From: Marsupella aquatica
Lineage: Eukaryota > Plantae > Marchantiophyta
Reading direction: 5' to 3'
Assembly (NCBI GenBank): GCA_973895155.1
Contig: OZ316897.1
Span: 5,965,327-6,029,326 of the forward strand
Length of the DNA stretch: 64,000 nucleotides
This document shows, in pieces, positions 52,560 to 64,000 of this stretch (positions within the stretch are counted from its first letter, which is position 1; the number at the start of each line of letters is the position of its first letter). A program made the position numbers and the translations under genes. The notes below the pieces were generated by a model. The model was not told the DNA's origin and did no database searches. It saw only the letters and a program-made list of their open reading frames with translations.

Positions 52560-54600
52560 TCAGATGAGCTCAAATTTGTCTAGTGCGATCCCCACCTCCG
52601 AGAGAGAGCCTGGTAAGCAAGATATCATAGCAACTTCCGTCCCCTTGGGGGATGGAGCCGGCCCAAAGCACAATGCATTTGCATCGAGAGAGGTCTTCAG
52701 TCTTCCCAGTTGCCGTCCTTGCTCCAAAGCCATCAGAGCCAAAGATGTAGCAGCTGGCCCGACTATAGCCAACCTATCCACCTCTACATAAGCGCGCACC
52801 ATCGGTGTTGCACTGATAATTGCAAGAGTTCCCATTGCGCTAGCCAATTGCACCTCATTTGGGCCACCCCTACGCTCAGTAAGGAGCTGCTCCACTTGCT
52901 CTATGTTAGCCTCCACTGGTAGTGACACCGCTCCACAAGGAGGTATTCCTCGTGCCTCACAAAAATCCTTCCTAGCTGCGGCATTTTCCACTGCTCTTTG
53001 CACCTCCTCCACATCGGCTTCTGAGTGATGCTCGTCATCTTTTTCTTCGGGGTACTCCTTACCAGCCTCCGTGGGGGAAGTTCCCTCAATTCCCTCTTTG
53101 CAGCTGCGTGCTAGATGCCCCTTTTATTACATTTGAAATAGTGGTAAGGTATGTTACGGAAGGTAACAAATTGCCAAATAACTATATCTTTGCGAATCCA
53201 AATTCTAACACTAGCCGAGACTTCCCTGTCAGAGTCCCACAAGATATAGGCTCTGTCATGCGGAAAAGAGCTAAATTCATCCCCTTGCAAAGTTCCTAGT
53301 GAGCTTGAAATTTTCCTCCTACAGCCTTCCAGGACAAGATCACGAAATGGAATTTCAATCTAGACGGGAAGTTTGGTAAAAGACTCATTTTTGACATCAA
53401 ACGATGGGTCCCAAGGGAAGGGTATAACCACCGTGCCAAGAAACAGGAAAAAGGAAATAGCAAATAGTAAACAGCAAATGGATGAGATTTTTTTTTGAAT
53501 TTTTTTGGTTTGTAGTTTTGACATTTTTTACTAGCGCCCCAAGCTAGTAATAGTAGCGCCTGGCGCTAGCCAAAAATGTTTGTTTTTAAAAATATTTTGA
53601 AAACTTTGAGTTTTAATGAGATATTTTTTATATTTCATTTTTGCTCGTAACAGTAAATTTTTGCTCATAACAGGTTATCATTTTCCTGTTTCCTGGCACG
53701 GTGTAAAGCCTCCAAGGGAATGTGTACACAAAACAATGGCCCATAAACCATGGGGCACAATTAAGGGCCATGTCTCTATGATCAGGATGCTCAAAGACAA
53801 TAAGATAAAAGCTTTTCCGCACAAATTTAACTTTTAGAATCGACCAATTCCCTTGGTTAGTCATCTCTTCCTCCACCCAGGTTCTGAATACCGGCAGCAA
53901 CGGAGGTCTATCTTCAAAGAAACATAGCATTGCACAGTTGTATAATTGTTTTAACATTCATCGAGGCTTCGGCCATATTCTAGTCTACTGTGGCAAACAG
54001 TTTCTTGTCCAGATCCCCCTTTGAGCGAAGAGCAATGTCTCGCAAAATTCTGGTGCCCTCCTCAGACTCCTCCTTTGCCTCCCTTTCCTGCCTCATGCAC
54101 GGAACCGGAATAGGCCCGCAACTTTCAACATTCTTTGCAACACTGGGTGTGGGCCCAGGGCTGTGCACAACCCCACGCCATGGCTGATCTGGTAGTGCTT
54201 CCTGTGGGTTCAATGAATTGCCTGTTTCTAGAACCATTCGGTTCGCCCAGCTCTGTTGCTCTGAAAATTCATCCGCAGCTCGTGCCCCTGCATTCCAATA
54301 AAGTTCCTGCGCTCCAATTGCGCCTTTCAGTGGCATGTCCCTACTTATCTTGGCATCTTGTGCCGAGAATCTATCCCTTGAAGTCCCATTCTCAATGCAC
54401 AACCTTTCGTGGCCACCGTCATCCTTTTCTCTTTCACTGCCCCCAATCTTCAATTCTTCCATCAACGAGTCGCCAATAGGATATCTTGATGCGATCCGTG
54501 GTCTGCCGTGCGCCGCCCACCACGCGTTCCCCTGAGCCGTGCGAGAGGCTCCACAAGTCCATAGTATTCCTCCGCCATCTTCCTCCCTACCTTCTTCCAA
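52560..54600 (-). pseudogene. LINE (L1-like) ORF1 remnant, DUF4283-type with a degenerate zinc knuckle
   Basis: FYLIVFE..RDMALNCAPWFMG..FPW|DPSF after removing the MITE; frameshifted FKCNK.GHLARSC at ~53100-53140. Confidence 0.6.
53420..53712 (-). mobile_element. MITE family M, copy 2
   Basis: TSD caagggaa (53412-53419 / 53713-53720); reverse complement of copy 1. Confidence 0.9.
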
Positions 54601-55569
54601 TTACCTTAAAGAATTTCACTCCTCTGGACCTCAATCCAATGTGTGAGACCGCAAAGCTTACCTGCCACTTATCCGCATGCGATGCTTGCGCATTCCAATT
54701 CTTGCCCGCCGCGTCCTCCAGTCCTTTGCAGCTCAATGGACATCTCAACAGCGTTTGACTTATGCCAGTTCAACGATGGGATCATGTCTAAACATGATCA
54801 CAGCGAAGCACCCTTATGAGTAGTCTGCGGGGATCCTATCAAGACACCACACAAAACTCCACCCTTGTCCTTCTTAATCTGTCTTATGCTCTCGTCTTCT
54901 TCAACTTGTTGCTCTCTTTAAATAAAGTATTCATCCACCCATGTTGCATCCTGATTTAGTTGCACACCGTAGCTCTGCTTCTTGACGGGATCTTCACCCC
55001 AGTGCAATCATGATTGGATCAATCGTGCATTGTAGCGCCTCCTTCAGACCGGCTCAAAAGGTACATTAAAGTGTGCCTCCTTATCAAAACCTCCGCCAAC
55101 ACCTGTAACAACTTGAATCCCTCCTTGAAGCCCCCTGTCTCACTTCCCAACACCCTTCTCTTTGGGATTTGTCACCTGCACACACCTCACAAAGCCACTC
55201 TAAGACCTCAAACCTTCAATGGCGGGTTCCCAGATGTGGCGAGATCGAGAAAGAGCAAGATGAGCTTTGTTTGATAGCGTTGTCTTGCTCGTTCCAATTC
55301 TTTCCCACTTGAGACACAATGTTCACTCTCAAACCAAGCTAGGACGGGTCCAATCGCCCGAGAATGAGCACAAGTTAGTTCCGCATGTGCGCCTTCCAAG
55401 CTTCCCGCTTCAGTCGCTTCCCGCTTCAGTCGCTTCAGTCCGTCACCCTTTAGGAAATCCGATCTAAAGCAATGTTGAGAATGAGTTTTCAATGAAGGAC
55501 TTGGGTTAGGCCAAGAAGATTCTAGGGATGGAGATTCACTATGACAAGGAGCATAGGCAATTATAGTTG

Positions 55570-56055
55570 TTTGAGTGGTAGTAGTTGGAGAAGGTACTTG
55601 CCAAGTATGGGATGGAGAATGCAAAACTAGTTGGTACTTTACTGGCTTTCCACTTTAAACTCTCAAATAATGATTGCCCTTCTAGTGAGAGTGAGAGATT
55701 GATGATGAAATTGGTTTCCTATGATAGTGCCGTGGGTAGTTTGATGTATGCAATGACATGCACTGGACCTAACATTGCTCGCACTTTTAGCATTTTGAGC
55801 AGATTTGTGGCAAACTTGGGTAAGCTTCACAAGGAAACAATGAAGTGGATATTGCCATATCTCAAAGGAACCTTAGACTGTGGAATTTTGTTTGATGATA
55901 AAACAAACTTTATTTTGGAGTTAGGAGGTTACATAGATTTAGATTATGCTGAGAACTTGGATAACTAGAAGTCTACTCGAGAGTCTACTACAAGCTATGA
56001 GTTTATGTTGGGTGAAGGTTGTATTAGCTCAAAGTCAATAACTCAAACTTGTGTT
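55570..56055 (+). pseudogene. Copia RT C-terminal / RNase H fragment
   Basis: YDSAVGSLMYAMTCT.PNIA, KWILPYLKGT, GYID.DYA. Confidence 0.85.
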
Positions 56056-56500
56056 CACTACAATACTATTGACCCATTTTGCAAGCTCAAACTTTTTCCA
56101 AACAACAAAGGGCAACAAATTTATACATGAGCATTGCAAACTAAACCGCATTGCAACGGGATCACATTTTTCCATACCTTTTTCTTTGCAACTGGACCAT
56201 TGCAACTCTATGGCAAATTGCAAATCCAACATAATTGCATTGAATCAAACACAACTTGCAATTAACTTTAACTCATAATGGTTGCGAGTCTGCCAACTGT
56301 CGCTACACTTGCAATCCAAAACTTATTGCTAAGTTTGCAAGCAAAATGTTCTCAATGTGTGCAATTAAGTTTTGATTTGCATCTTTGCACCATTAAACGT
56401 CTTGCAAAAATGCGATGATTGGTATTGGTGAATGTAATATTATGGTGGGTTCCCAATTTTAGCAAACTAAGGTAGAGTTGTCGCAACGTTTGCAACCTCT
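56056..56500 (+). mobile_element. Possible CACTA terminus with TTGCAA-rich subterminal repeats
   Basis: CACTAC starts exactly where the copia fragment stops, followed by many TTGCA(A) motifs; partner end not found. Confidence 0.4.
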
Positions 56501-57199
56501 ATTTCACTACAAAGTTTGAGAATGATCAATCACGGTTGTTGGATGAATCACGATTGTTGGAAGGGGGAGGGATGAAGCCAAAGAGCCAAGGAGAGGATGG
56601 TAACTTCATTAGTTATTAGTTATTAGTCTATTTTTGGCCTATCTCAGAGAGGTCTCCAACAATAAACAACAAAAACATGGGAATTTTATGGCGCTATGTA
56701 AACGTAAAAAAGGGGTACGGACGATGTTACTCGTACGGATTTATCACGGGTGAATTACATGGGGTAGGAATATTTCTCAACCCCCCGTCTAGTGTACGTA
56801 TTTTTCATTCTAGATGCGATATTCCTTAAGAGGTTTGGCTCCATCTTAGAGAGCCTCTTTGACATGGGCTAAGTTTTAGGGTGAATCTTGAGCCTGGGAT
56901 AAGTAATATTTGTCAGCCCACCCTAAAGCAGGCATCTCAAAGAGCCTCTCCGAGATGAAAATGCAATTGGTTTCAAAAGTTGGAGATTTGCCATGGAAAG
57001 TTTTGCTCCATCTCAAATAGCCTCTCCGAGATGGAATGCCCTTTGGTTTCAAATGTTGGAGATATAGCCGACATGGAATGTCTCAAAGATAAAATCACAT
57101 TATAGCAACACTAGCAGTACACGAGCTGACGGTAAAAAGTTCAGTTTACAAAATTACGTCTTACAAAGTTGTACTGATACTAGTCCAACACTAACCATA

Positions 57200-60100
57200 T
57201 CTAGCCTCCAGTCTAAGGAGCTCAATGGATATCAGCATCTAACACAAGTTCACGGACCACGGCCATAGTCAAGATAGGTTGGTTAACGCATTGGTCATTG
57301 TCTATCTCTCGTTGAGGTGTTTACAAATGACAACAAACAGGAAACAGGATTTAATAACAGAAACTGGTAACAGGAAAAAAACTGGTAACAGGAAAATGGG
57401 TGGAAAGTTTTTTGGAAATTTTTTGGAAATTTTTTTTTGGAAATTTTTTTTCGGTCGACCAGTTTTTTTTGCTAGCGCCCGGCGCTGCTAATAGTAGCAC
57501 CCAAAGCTAGCCAAAAATGTTGCATTGTTAATTTTTTTTGGAAATAACATGTTTTAGGAGATATTTTTAAATTGTCATTTTTCCTGGTAATAGTGATTTT
57601 TTCCTGGTAACAACATATTAAAAAGAGGAAAAAAATTTCTTGTTTACCTGTTTCCTGTCTCTGTCGCTATACCCATCTCGTTTACATAAATTTTCAAAGC
57701 ACTAGTACAAGTGCTTGTAAGCGGAATAGAATCTAGCGCTTGATTCCCTATACATGAAATCCTTGCATGAACAAATTGGAAAGACGCAGATCTGCACACA
57801 ATGCATTGAAAATTGAGCCTTGTTGATGTTCTTCACCATCACTCTTAGACCAATGGCGTTCCCTGTTTCAACTTGTATCTTTGAAGTGCACACCATGGAC
57901 TCTGTCTTGGCACTCTGTATACGTTTGAGTCCTTCCTTAGTGGTTTCTGACCTCCGGCGTCGAGCAATGCCATTGTGTCGCCCAAGGCAAACATTGGGCT
58001 TTGTTGGGTCCATTTTCTTGATATATTTGTTCAAATCCAAAATTATGTCACCGCTGCTTACCACTCCACTTTGAATGTCATCAATCCCATGATCTGGATT
58101 CACTCCATTCTCCTGAAGAAAATGGATTTCCTCATCTGATAGGTTAGTCCACGGGCCACTGGAACCTTTCTAGGAAGTCTAGGTTCTACCAGTAATATTG
58201 GGCAAGGACCAATTGTTTGGGCAGAACCAGTATGGGTATGTATCTCCGGGTTGGTTGAATTTGCTTTCTGCAAGCCAATATATTCCAACAACACCAAAGC
58301 CAGCTCCTTTCAATCCTGCCTCTCTTATAAATCGAGCACAAACTGGGTGGTCCTTGGCTTGGACAGCGTCTCTGCACATAGGACCTCCCACTACTCTTGG
58401 TGCGAGCCAAAAAGAACATCTTTGGCTGGAGGTTGGTCTCCTTAACACTTCTACGATCAAGGACTGCCGTGATAGGTGAACAGCCCCTTCCCTCTACACG
58501 TGAGCAACCAGGGTCCAACTTTGCGGGCATTCCACTTGACCTTGTTGCCCTCCGTGGTGGAGGTTCCACAATGACAACGTCGGATGATGCTGAACCAGTC
58601 GGAGATTCTTCGGACGATGTAAGATCTACCACTACAAGCCTCTTGCTGAAGTCTTCCTTTACAACCCCTTTGAACTTGCGTTTCTTTGGTTTGGTTACCA
58701 ATACTATGTCCTCGCGATGCGTGTCTTCTACTACTACATTTGAGCCAGCAGGTACCTTGCCTCGCTTCATTCGAACTGTTTCAAAGTCTCCAGCAAGTGG
58801 GTCAGGGTTTGAGAACTCGCGTAATTTAGGCTGACTCATCAGGGTATTCAACTTTGGAATGAAAGACTCCACATTCCCAACACAGGTGGCATCTTGCGGT
58901 TGTAGTTCAAAAAGGCTTGGCCCTTGCCCTTTCCGCCCATGGTCTTCAAGATTTTGGAGACATGAAACCTGGCTAGAAGCTCGCGTTGCATCTAGAACAC
59001 AGGACTCAACTAATCCAATCCGTGTTTCTGAACACCTTCTCCGCATGGCTACATGCACCAACTCAGCCTTGCTCTGGTTTGGTATTAGTGTGGACTCCTC
59101 CCTATCCATATCCTACAAAGATCCAAGTTTAGGAAGTCAAAACAAAAGACAAACCGCCTCCCATCTGGGAGAGCCTCTCTGAGAAGGGACCAATATTGCT
59201 CGGAGTACAGAACAATATATACCAAGGGTGGCCCATCTCGGAGAGCCTCTCCAAGATGACATGCCTCCAAAATCAATCAAATTCTAATCTGGGAAGCCTA
59301 TCTGAGATGCAGCCAATTGTACAAGGAAAAACCGCATTGTCAAGAGCAGCTATAACATTGGTCTCATTCACATAAACCGTGCCAACATAAACACAAAACT
59401 TACTAGACGAATGAAATTTCCCCACTGAGAAAAGTGAACAATCCACCAAGACAACCACGTTGTCAGTTGCTTCTCCTTCCGTGGTAGTGCATTCCCGTCC
59501 ATCCACCAAGCCTTGATCCTTTCAAAGGTTTGGAATGCCAAAACAACATTGCTAGCATCTCGAAGTGAGTCCAATAGATCTTTATGCTCTACTCGTTTGT
59601 CAGGGTGAATGTAATCCTTTGTCACCTTCTCTACGGACTGGGCCCAATGAAATGCATCAGATCGCTCCCTTCGTGGATTGACTTTTCCTCCCCAAAACTT
59701 GTTCCTGATCGATTCCAACCTGCTACAGCATTATCAGCAATAAATCCACAAAACTGCACCTCTTGGAGGTCATTTTCCGCACAAACTCTCTTCATAGCCC
59801 TCCATGCGGTTGGCAAGGCCTCAATGTCTTATGAAACAAGCTCACACACAAAGATAGTGCATAGGCCTCTGGAGAAATTAATGGTCATATACATGCGCAG
59901 ACATAGTGCACCAGCTGTTATCGGTCATTCAATGCATGACATCAGACATTACCCATGAGTGCTCAAGATCCCCACCTTCGTGCATTCTTTGAACAAGATC
60001 AACTCCCGACCCTGGATCCTTGGTACTCATTTCCTTATCATGGACCGCATGATTGAGTCATCGGCCAAGATTGCCAATGTTTTGTCAAGGTCTTTCACTT

Positions 60101-61450
60101 CCGTTGGAGTCATCACCCAAACTACCTTGGCTTCAAAAATCTGTTGAAGAGCCTTGATTGTGTTGGTCCTTGGGACAGATGGAATTGCATATGGACTAAG
60201 CTTGATTTGCTCCTCCATCAAGTTACGCACCACCTCCCGTTGACCCTTTTTCTCTATAAACTTGGGTGGATGTACGTGCTTCGCAACATGCATTGCAACA
60301 CGCAACATATGCTGGTACTTATTGTGCTTAGTTTGAGGAGTTGGAGTAATGTAATACATTTCAGCGGGACACCGACTTATACACTTAGGGGGCCTTTCGC
60401 AAAAACTACAAATGACACTCTCTCCTGGAACTTCACATCCAGCATGGAACGGGACTTCATTTTTGCCAGCTCTATCTCTTCTCCATTCTGTGGAATTGTG
60501 CTCCTTTCTCACCTCAAACCTTCGCCAATCATCATGCTGGCATTGCAAAGAACCCATACATTTCACATTCTAGATCTTGTATGTATGGGCTATCTTGTTC
60601 AGCTTCGGTCCAATTTGAGCCCTAGTCATGGACATCTTGCTCCATAGATAGGAGTCTCTCCTACGCTCCATACCCAAGAAGAAACAACCTTTCAAGTACT
60701 GCCCTCTGAATGGGGGTAGCTCAAAAACACAATCTCCATCGTAGCCTTCAGGCAACGAATCAACTTGCTGAGGATTCTTCTCTCTAAGAATCTTGTACGC
60801 AGCTTGTACGCACCGAGAGCTGCCCTTTCCTTTCAGCATTGCGTCGACAACACTAACTAGAAACTCATCTTTCTATACATCCCTCCATGCTGAATTCCGG
60901 GTGCAACATGACACTAACCCGGGGCTTTCACCCACAATGTTTGGGATGTGAGTTGGCACTCGTTCCTCACTTTCAATAAGTTTGGCAAGTGGGTTGACAC
61001 ATGAACCGGACTTTCACGTGGATCATGCTGTGTGGGGGTTAACTGCACTGGTTCTCTATAAAGAACATAAGACTTCAAATACCACTCTCTTTCAGCACCA
61101 ATGCCTTGTGATTCAGCACAAATTGACAGGCCGTCCCCACTCTCGTGAAATATTTTGAACTCCCCCATCTTCAACCCGAACCTGCTTGCTACTTCTTGCC
61201 CCCTTGTAAGTCTAACACTCTCATCCTCATAGGGGCAAAGCACAACCACATCTCCAGTTTGTGGACATTGAATCCTCACATGATTAGCCATTACAAAATG
61301 TACACTAGCCCCTTGCGCGATCATGTTATGGCCGGATCCAAACTCGCATCCCATAAAAGCGCTTGCACTTGCAGCCAGTCCGGTGGCACTTATAAGCCTG
61401 CTTCCAACCTGCCTCTTCAATTGTGACACCCTTGATTGGATTCTGCACAA
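57200..61450 (-). pseudogene. Decayed Mutator-like (MULE) transposase with N-terminal Cys/His domain and C-terminal SWIM finger
   Basis: LPEGYDGDCVFELPP, CMGSLQC, CSFC..C..C..HVHP; GFIADNAVAGWN (candidate catalytic D); DAFHW (CxxH-like); WLSWW; CSCKDF..(Y)KHLY SWIM. Confidence 0.65.
57314..57674 (+). mobile_element. MITE family M, diverged copy 3
   Basis: GAG...ATACCC ends; TSD ctctcgtt/atctcgtt (7 of 8 match); same central gctagcgcc..ggcgct hairpin. Confidence 0.8.
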
Positions 61451-62878
61451 TTTGATTGTACCAATCGCCCTGGGCCCTCAGCTTACAAAATAACGAAACA
61501 CACGTGCAAACATCCGATGGGTATTAAATATCGATTCCGCAAATAATATTATAACACCATTAGAACAAACAAGGTCCTTATATATCATCGCAACAGTAAA
61601 TAGGTGAAGGGTTTTTTAAAGGTGTCCCAAAGTTAATCAATTGAAGGGCCATTTTAATATGCAATGACACGCATCACTTTCTCATTCGACCACGTGTCAT
61701 CTGACTAGTGGCTTAGGGTTTACGGGTTTTGGGGGGAAGGGTGGTCAAAGTGTTGTGCGGGGTGTCGTGTTCCCCCCTTTGCCCCTCCTACTTTGTAGGA
61801 GCCGTCCGATTTAGGATACCCTAGATCGGACGGCCAGGAGAATGAAGGACACTCGGGACGGCGTGGCTTGGGGAGACGGTGCGAGAGGGTGGGACAGGAG
61901 GGCAGGCAGGAGGGGCAGGAGGAGGGGTCTCCGGAGAGGTCCGAGCCGGAGCCATACTTTTGGGCTTTCGGACTTCAGACTTTTTTGCCAATTTCTCCCT
62001 CCCGCACTGCAGTTTCTTCACTTGTTTCTTCATCATCTCGCTCTGCATCTTGCATGATCTTGAGTTGGGGTTTGGGCGAAAGTGTTCGACGTTCGGTCCC
62101 GCGTTTGTTTGAACTCTTGGGATTTCTCTAGGGCTTTGTCCCGGGCTTTGTGAACGTGTTTGTGCCCCGGTCTGTGCACTCACTCTCACTCTCTTCCGGG
62201 ACTCTCTTGCATTCGGGCTTGCATTCCTGTCCCGATTCCCATGTCCATTTTGTGATCAAGTCTGTAAGGGAATTTTGTAAGCTGATTGCGAGCTGGGCGG
62301 GGAGCTGAGGCTGCATTTTGACCTTGGCCATTGCAGCGGGCATTGCAGACGGGGTTGCGGGCTGCATTTCAACCTTGGCCGAGTTGGACCCCGGTTTTGC
62401 TTACCAATCTCGGGACCAATCGAAGCTCGGGGACGGACAGTGGGATCAACTGGCGGGTCAACTGGTCAAAGATAATTCCTGAGGTAATTGTTGTAAACGG
62501 TACCAATCCTGCTTCCTACTGTTTGGAATCAGCAAAACCATGGGCGAGAGATTGTGCCAATGATTTGAGCTGAGGCACAAGTGCATTTTGTTCTTGCTGC
62601 CTTCGGGGCTGCCTCTTGCCCGGCCTCTTGTCTTGAACATTTTGGATTGTGCTTTTCTGTTGCTGGCTTTTCAGGCGGAAGACTTATCTCGCTTTTTGTT
62701 TTGTAGGTTGGTGGTGACTATAGTCAACACCGGCCCCGGCACCGACAGGAATCCCGTAGCATATTAGGGCACGGTTCGCGGCAAGAAGGGACATTAACAG
62801 GGACATTAAGTTTGTGTCTGTGGCAATTTGTGTTGGTTTGTGTTTGTGACAGTTTCTATCGCTCTGCCCCGCGCTCTG

Positions 62879-64000
62879 TATGATGCCTAGCCAGGAATCA
62901 CTCGGCCAGTTAAGTGGGTAAAGCACGAGTGCACCCTAGAAACACCTTAGTATAGGGACAAAACAAGGAAAATATAAACAATTAGGGGCGACTATGGAAC
63001 CCGGGCCGAGGCCGGAGGTAAGGACGCTAGGGGTGAAAACAAGATTAGGGTTAGAGCGCGCTAAGCATCGGCGGCTAGGAAGGATCAACGGGAGAAAGGA
63101 CCGGAAGAGGAGAGGGGTAAGGAGCGCTTGCAGGAGATGGTGGCTCATTTGCAAGCACGAACTAGGCAGATGACCACGGAAGGCCAACTACTGTCAGTTG
63201 CTTAGGCAAGCACGCGGGGTGGGAATAGATACCAACGATCGACTCAAGGAGGGTATGAGCAACGTCAATCAAGCGGCACATTTCTGGGGATGCCTATTCA
63301 AACGGGCAACTGAGTACATCAAGACTTACGAGGACAAAGAATCAGAAAGGGCAGCTCGAGAACGACAGGAGCTCGCTCGATTGTGGGAGCTGCAGAAGAC
63401 GACTTTCTTAGGAGGCGAACTCATCAAGGCCGAGTTCTTGTGGACTCCTACTTCCAATCAGCTCGACGATCTTCTGTTTTGCAAAGACAGAATCATCGGC
63501 ATTCGAGAGGCCATCAAGAACTGCAACGACATACACTGGGAATTGAAGGGTAGCACAGAAAGGTGGACCCAGGCAACGGTGCTAGGAGAAACCTCCACGG
63601 CAGCCGAGATGAAGAGGAAGGGAGCCGTCAACGATGAAGCCACCCCGGCAAAAAGAACGAGGTCGGCGGCACCAAAGAAGCCAGCCGAGCAGCAGAGCAG
63701 GAGGCAGGGAGAAGCCGAAGAGGAGGAGGTCGATCCCATCAATGCCATTCCAACCAGGGATGACACCTGGAAGGGCTGGGCGGCAACCCTACCAGCGGAG
63801 GTGCAACTACATTTTGCACGGGAGGAGGATGCATGCTTTACGGCCATGCAGACCAAGAAGTACCAAGGCTTCATGGCCGGATCCGGCTTAGAGGCCTTTG
63901 TAAGATTACCATGGCTGAAGCCGGAGGTACCGGATTCAGACCTATTAGAATTTGTGGGGTCATGGGAACCCGAGACCAATTGCACGAGGATATATGGGAA
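62879..64000 (+). mobile_element. Family A element, copy 3 (opposite orientation, runs off the window)
   Basis: t(a)tgatgcctagccaggaatcact = reverse complement of the A terminus; TATAAA at 62973; open frame MSNVNQAAHFWGCL..KLPWLKPEV..LLEFVGSWEP continuing to the window end. Confidence 0.9.

Noticed and set aside
56056-61711. A single CACTA element enclosing the MULE-like ORF
   Set aside because: The candidate right end (ctagtg at ~61706) matches only 5 bp and the 3-bp flanks differ (gtt vs gct)
61821-62640. Short Pro/Lys-rich ORFs on the minus strand
   Set aside because: Low complexity with no recognisable motif or element boundaries; probably decayed repeat DNA

Overview
Eukaryotic, land-plant-like DNA (probably a non-seed plant; this is inference). 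It holds one intact host gene: a 6-exon, minus-strand class II acyl-CoA-binding protein (TM + ACB + ankyrin repeats, 426 aa, 41731-35738). Most of the rest is a nested transposon stack that can be dissected by target-site duplications (TSDs). An old Ty3/gypsy element (LTR part 3667-4885; gag-pol split over ~4.9-29.4 kb) was hit twice by a ~4.75-kb TG..CA element (family A), and each A copy carries further nested inserts. The right half holds a decayed Ty1/copia with an extra 5' ORF, a gypsy RNaseH-integrase fragment, a LINE ORF1 remnant, a decayed MULE-like transposase and several MITEs. Main observations: (1) very large (4-4.8 kb) solo-LTR-like elements that each carry one long ORF behind its own TATA box, apparently inside U3; (2) the same accessory protein domain is shared by these elements and by a copia 5' ORF; (3) a separate TGT..ACA family has CCGG-like flanks at all three sites and a hidden decayed ORF. 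All calls come from reading the sequence by eye; no database searches were run.
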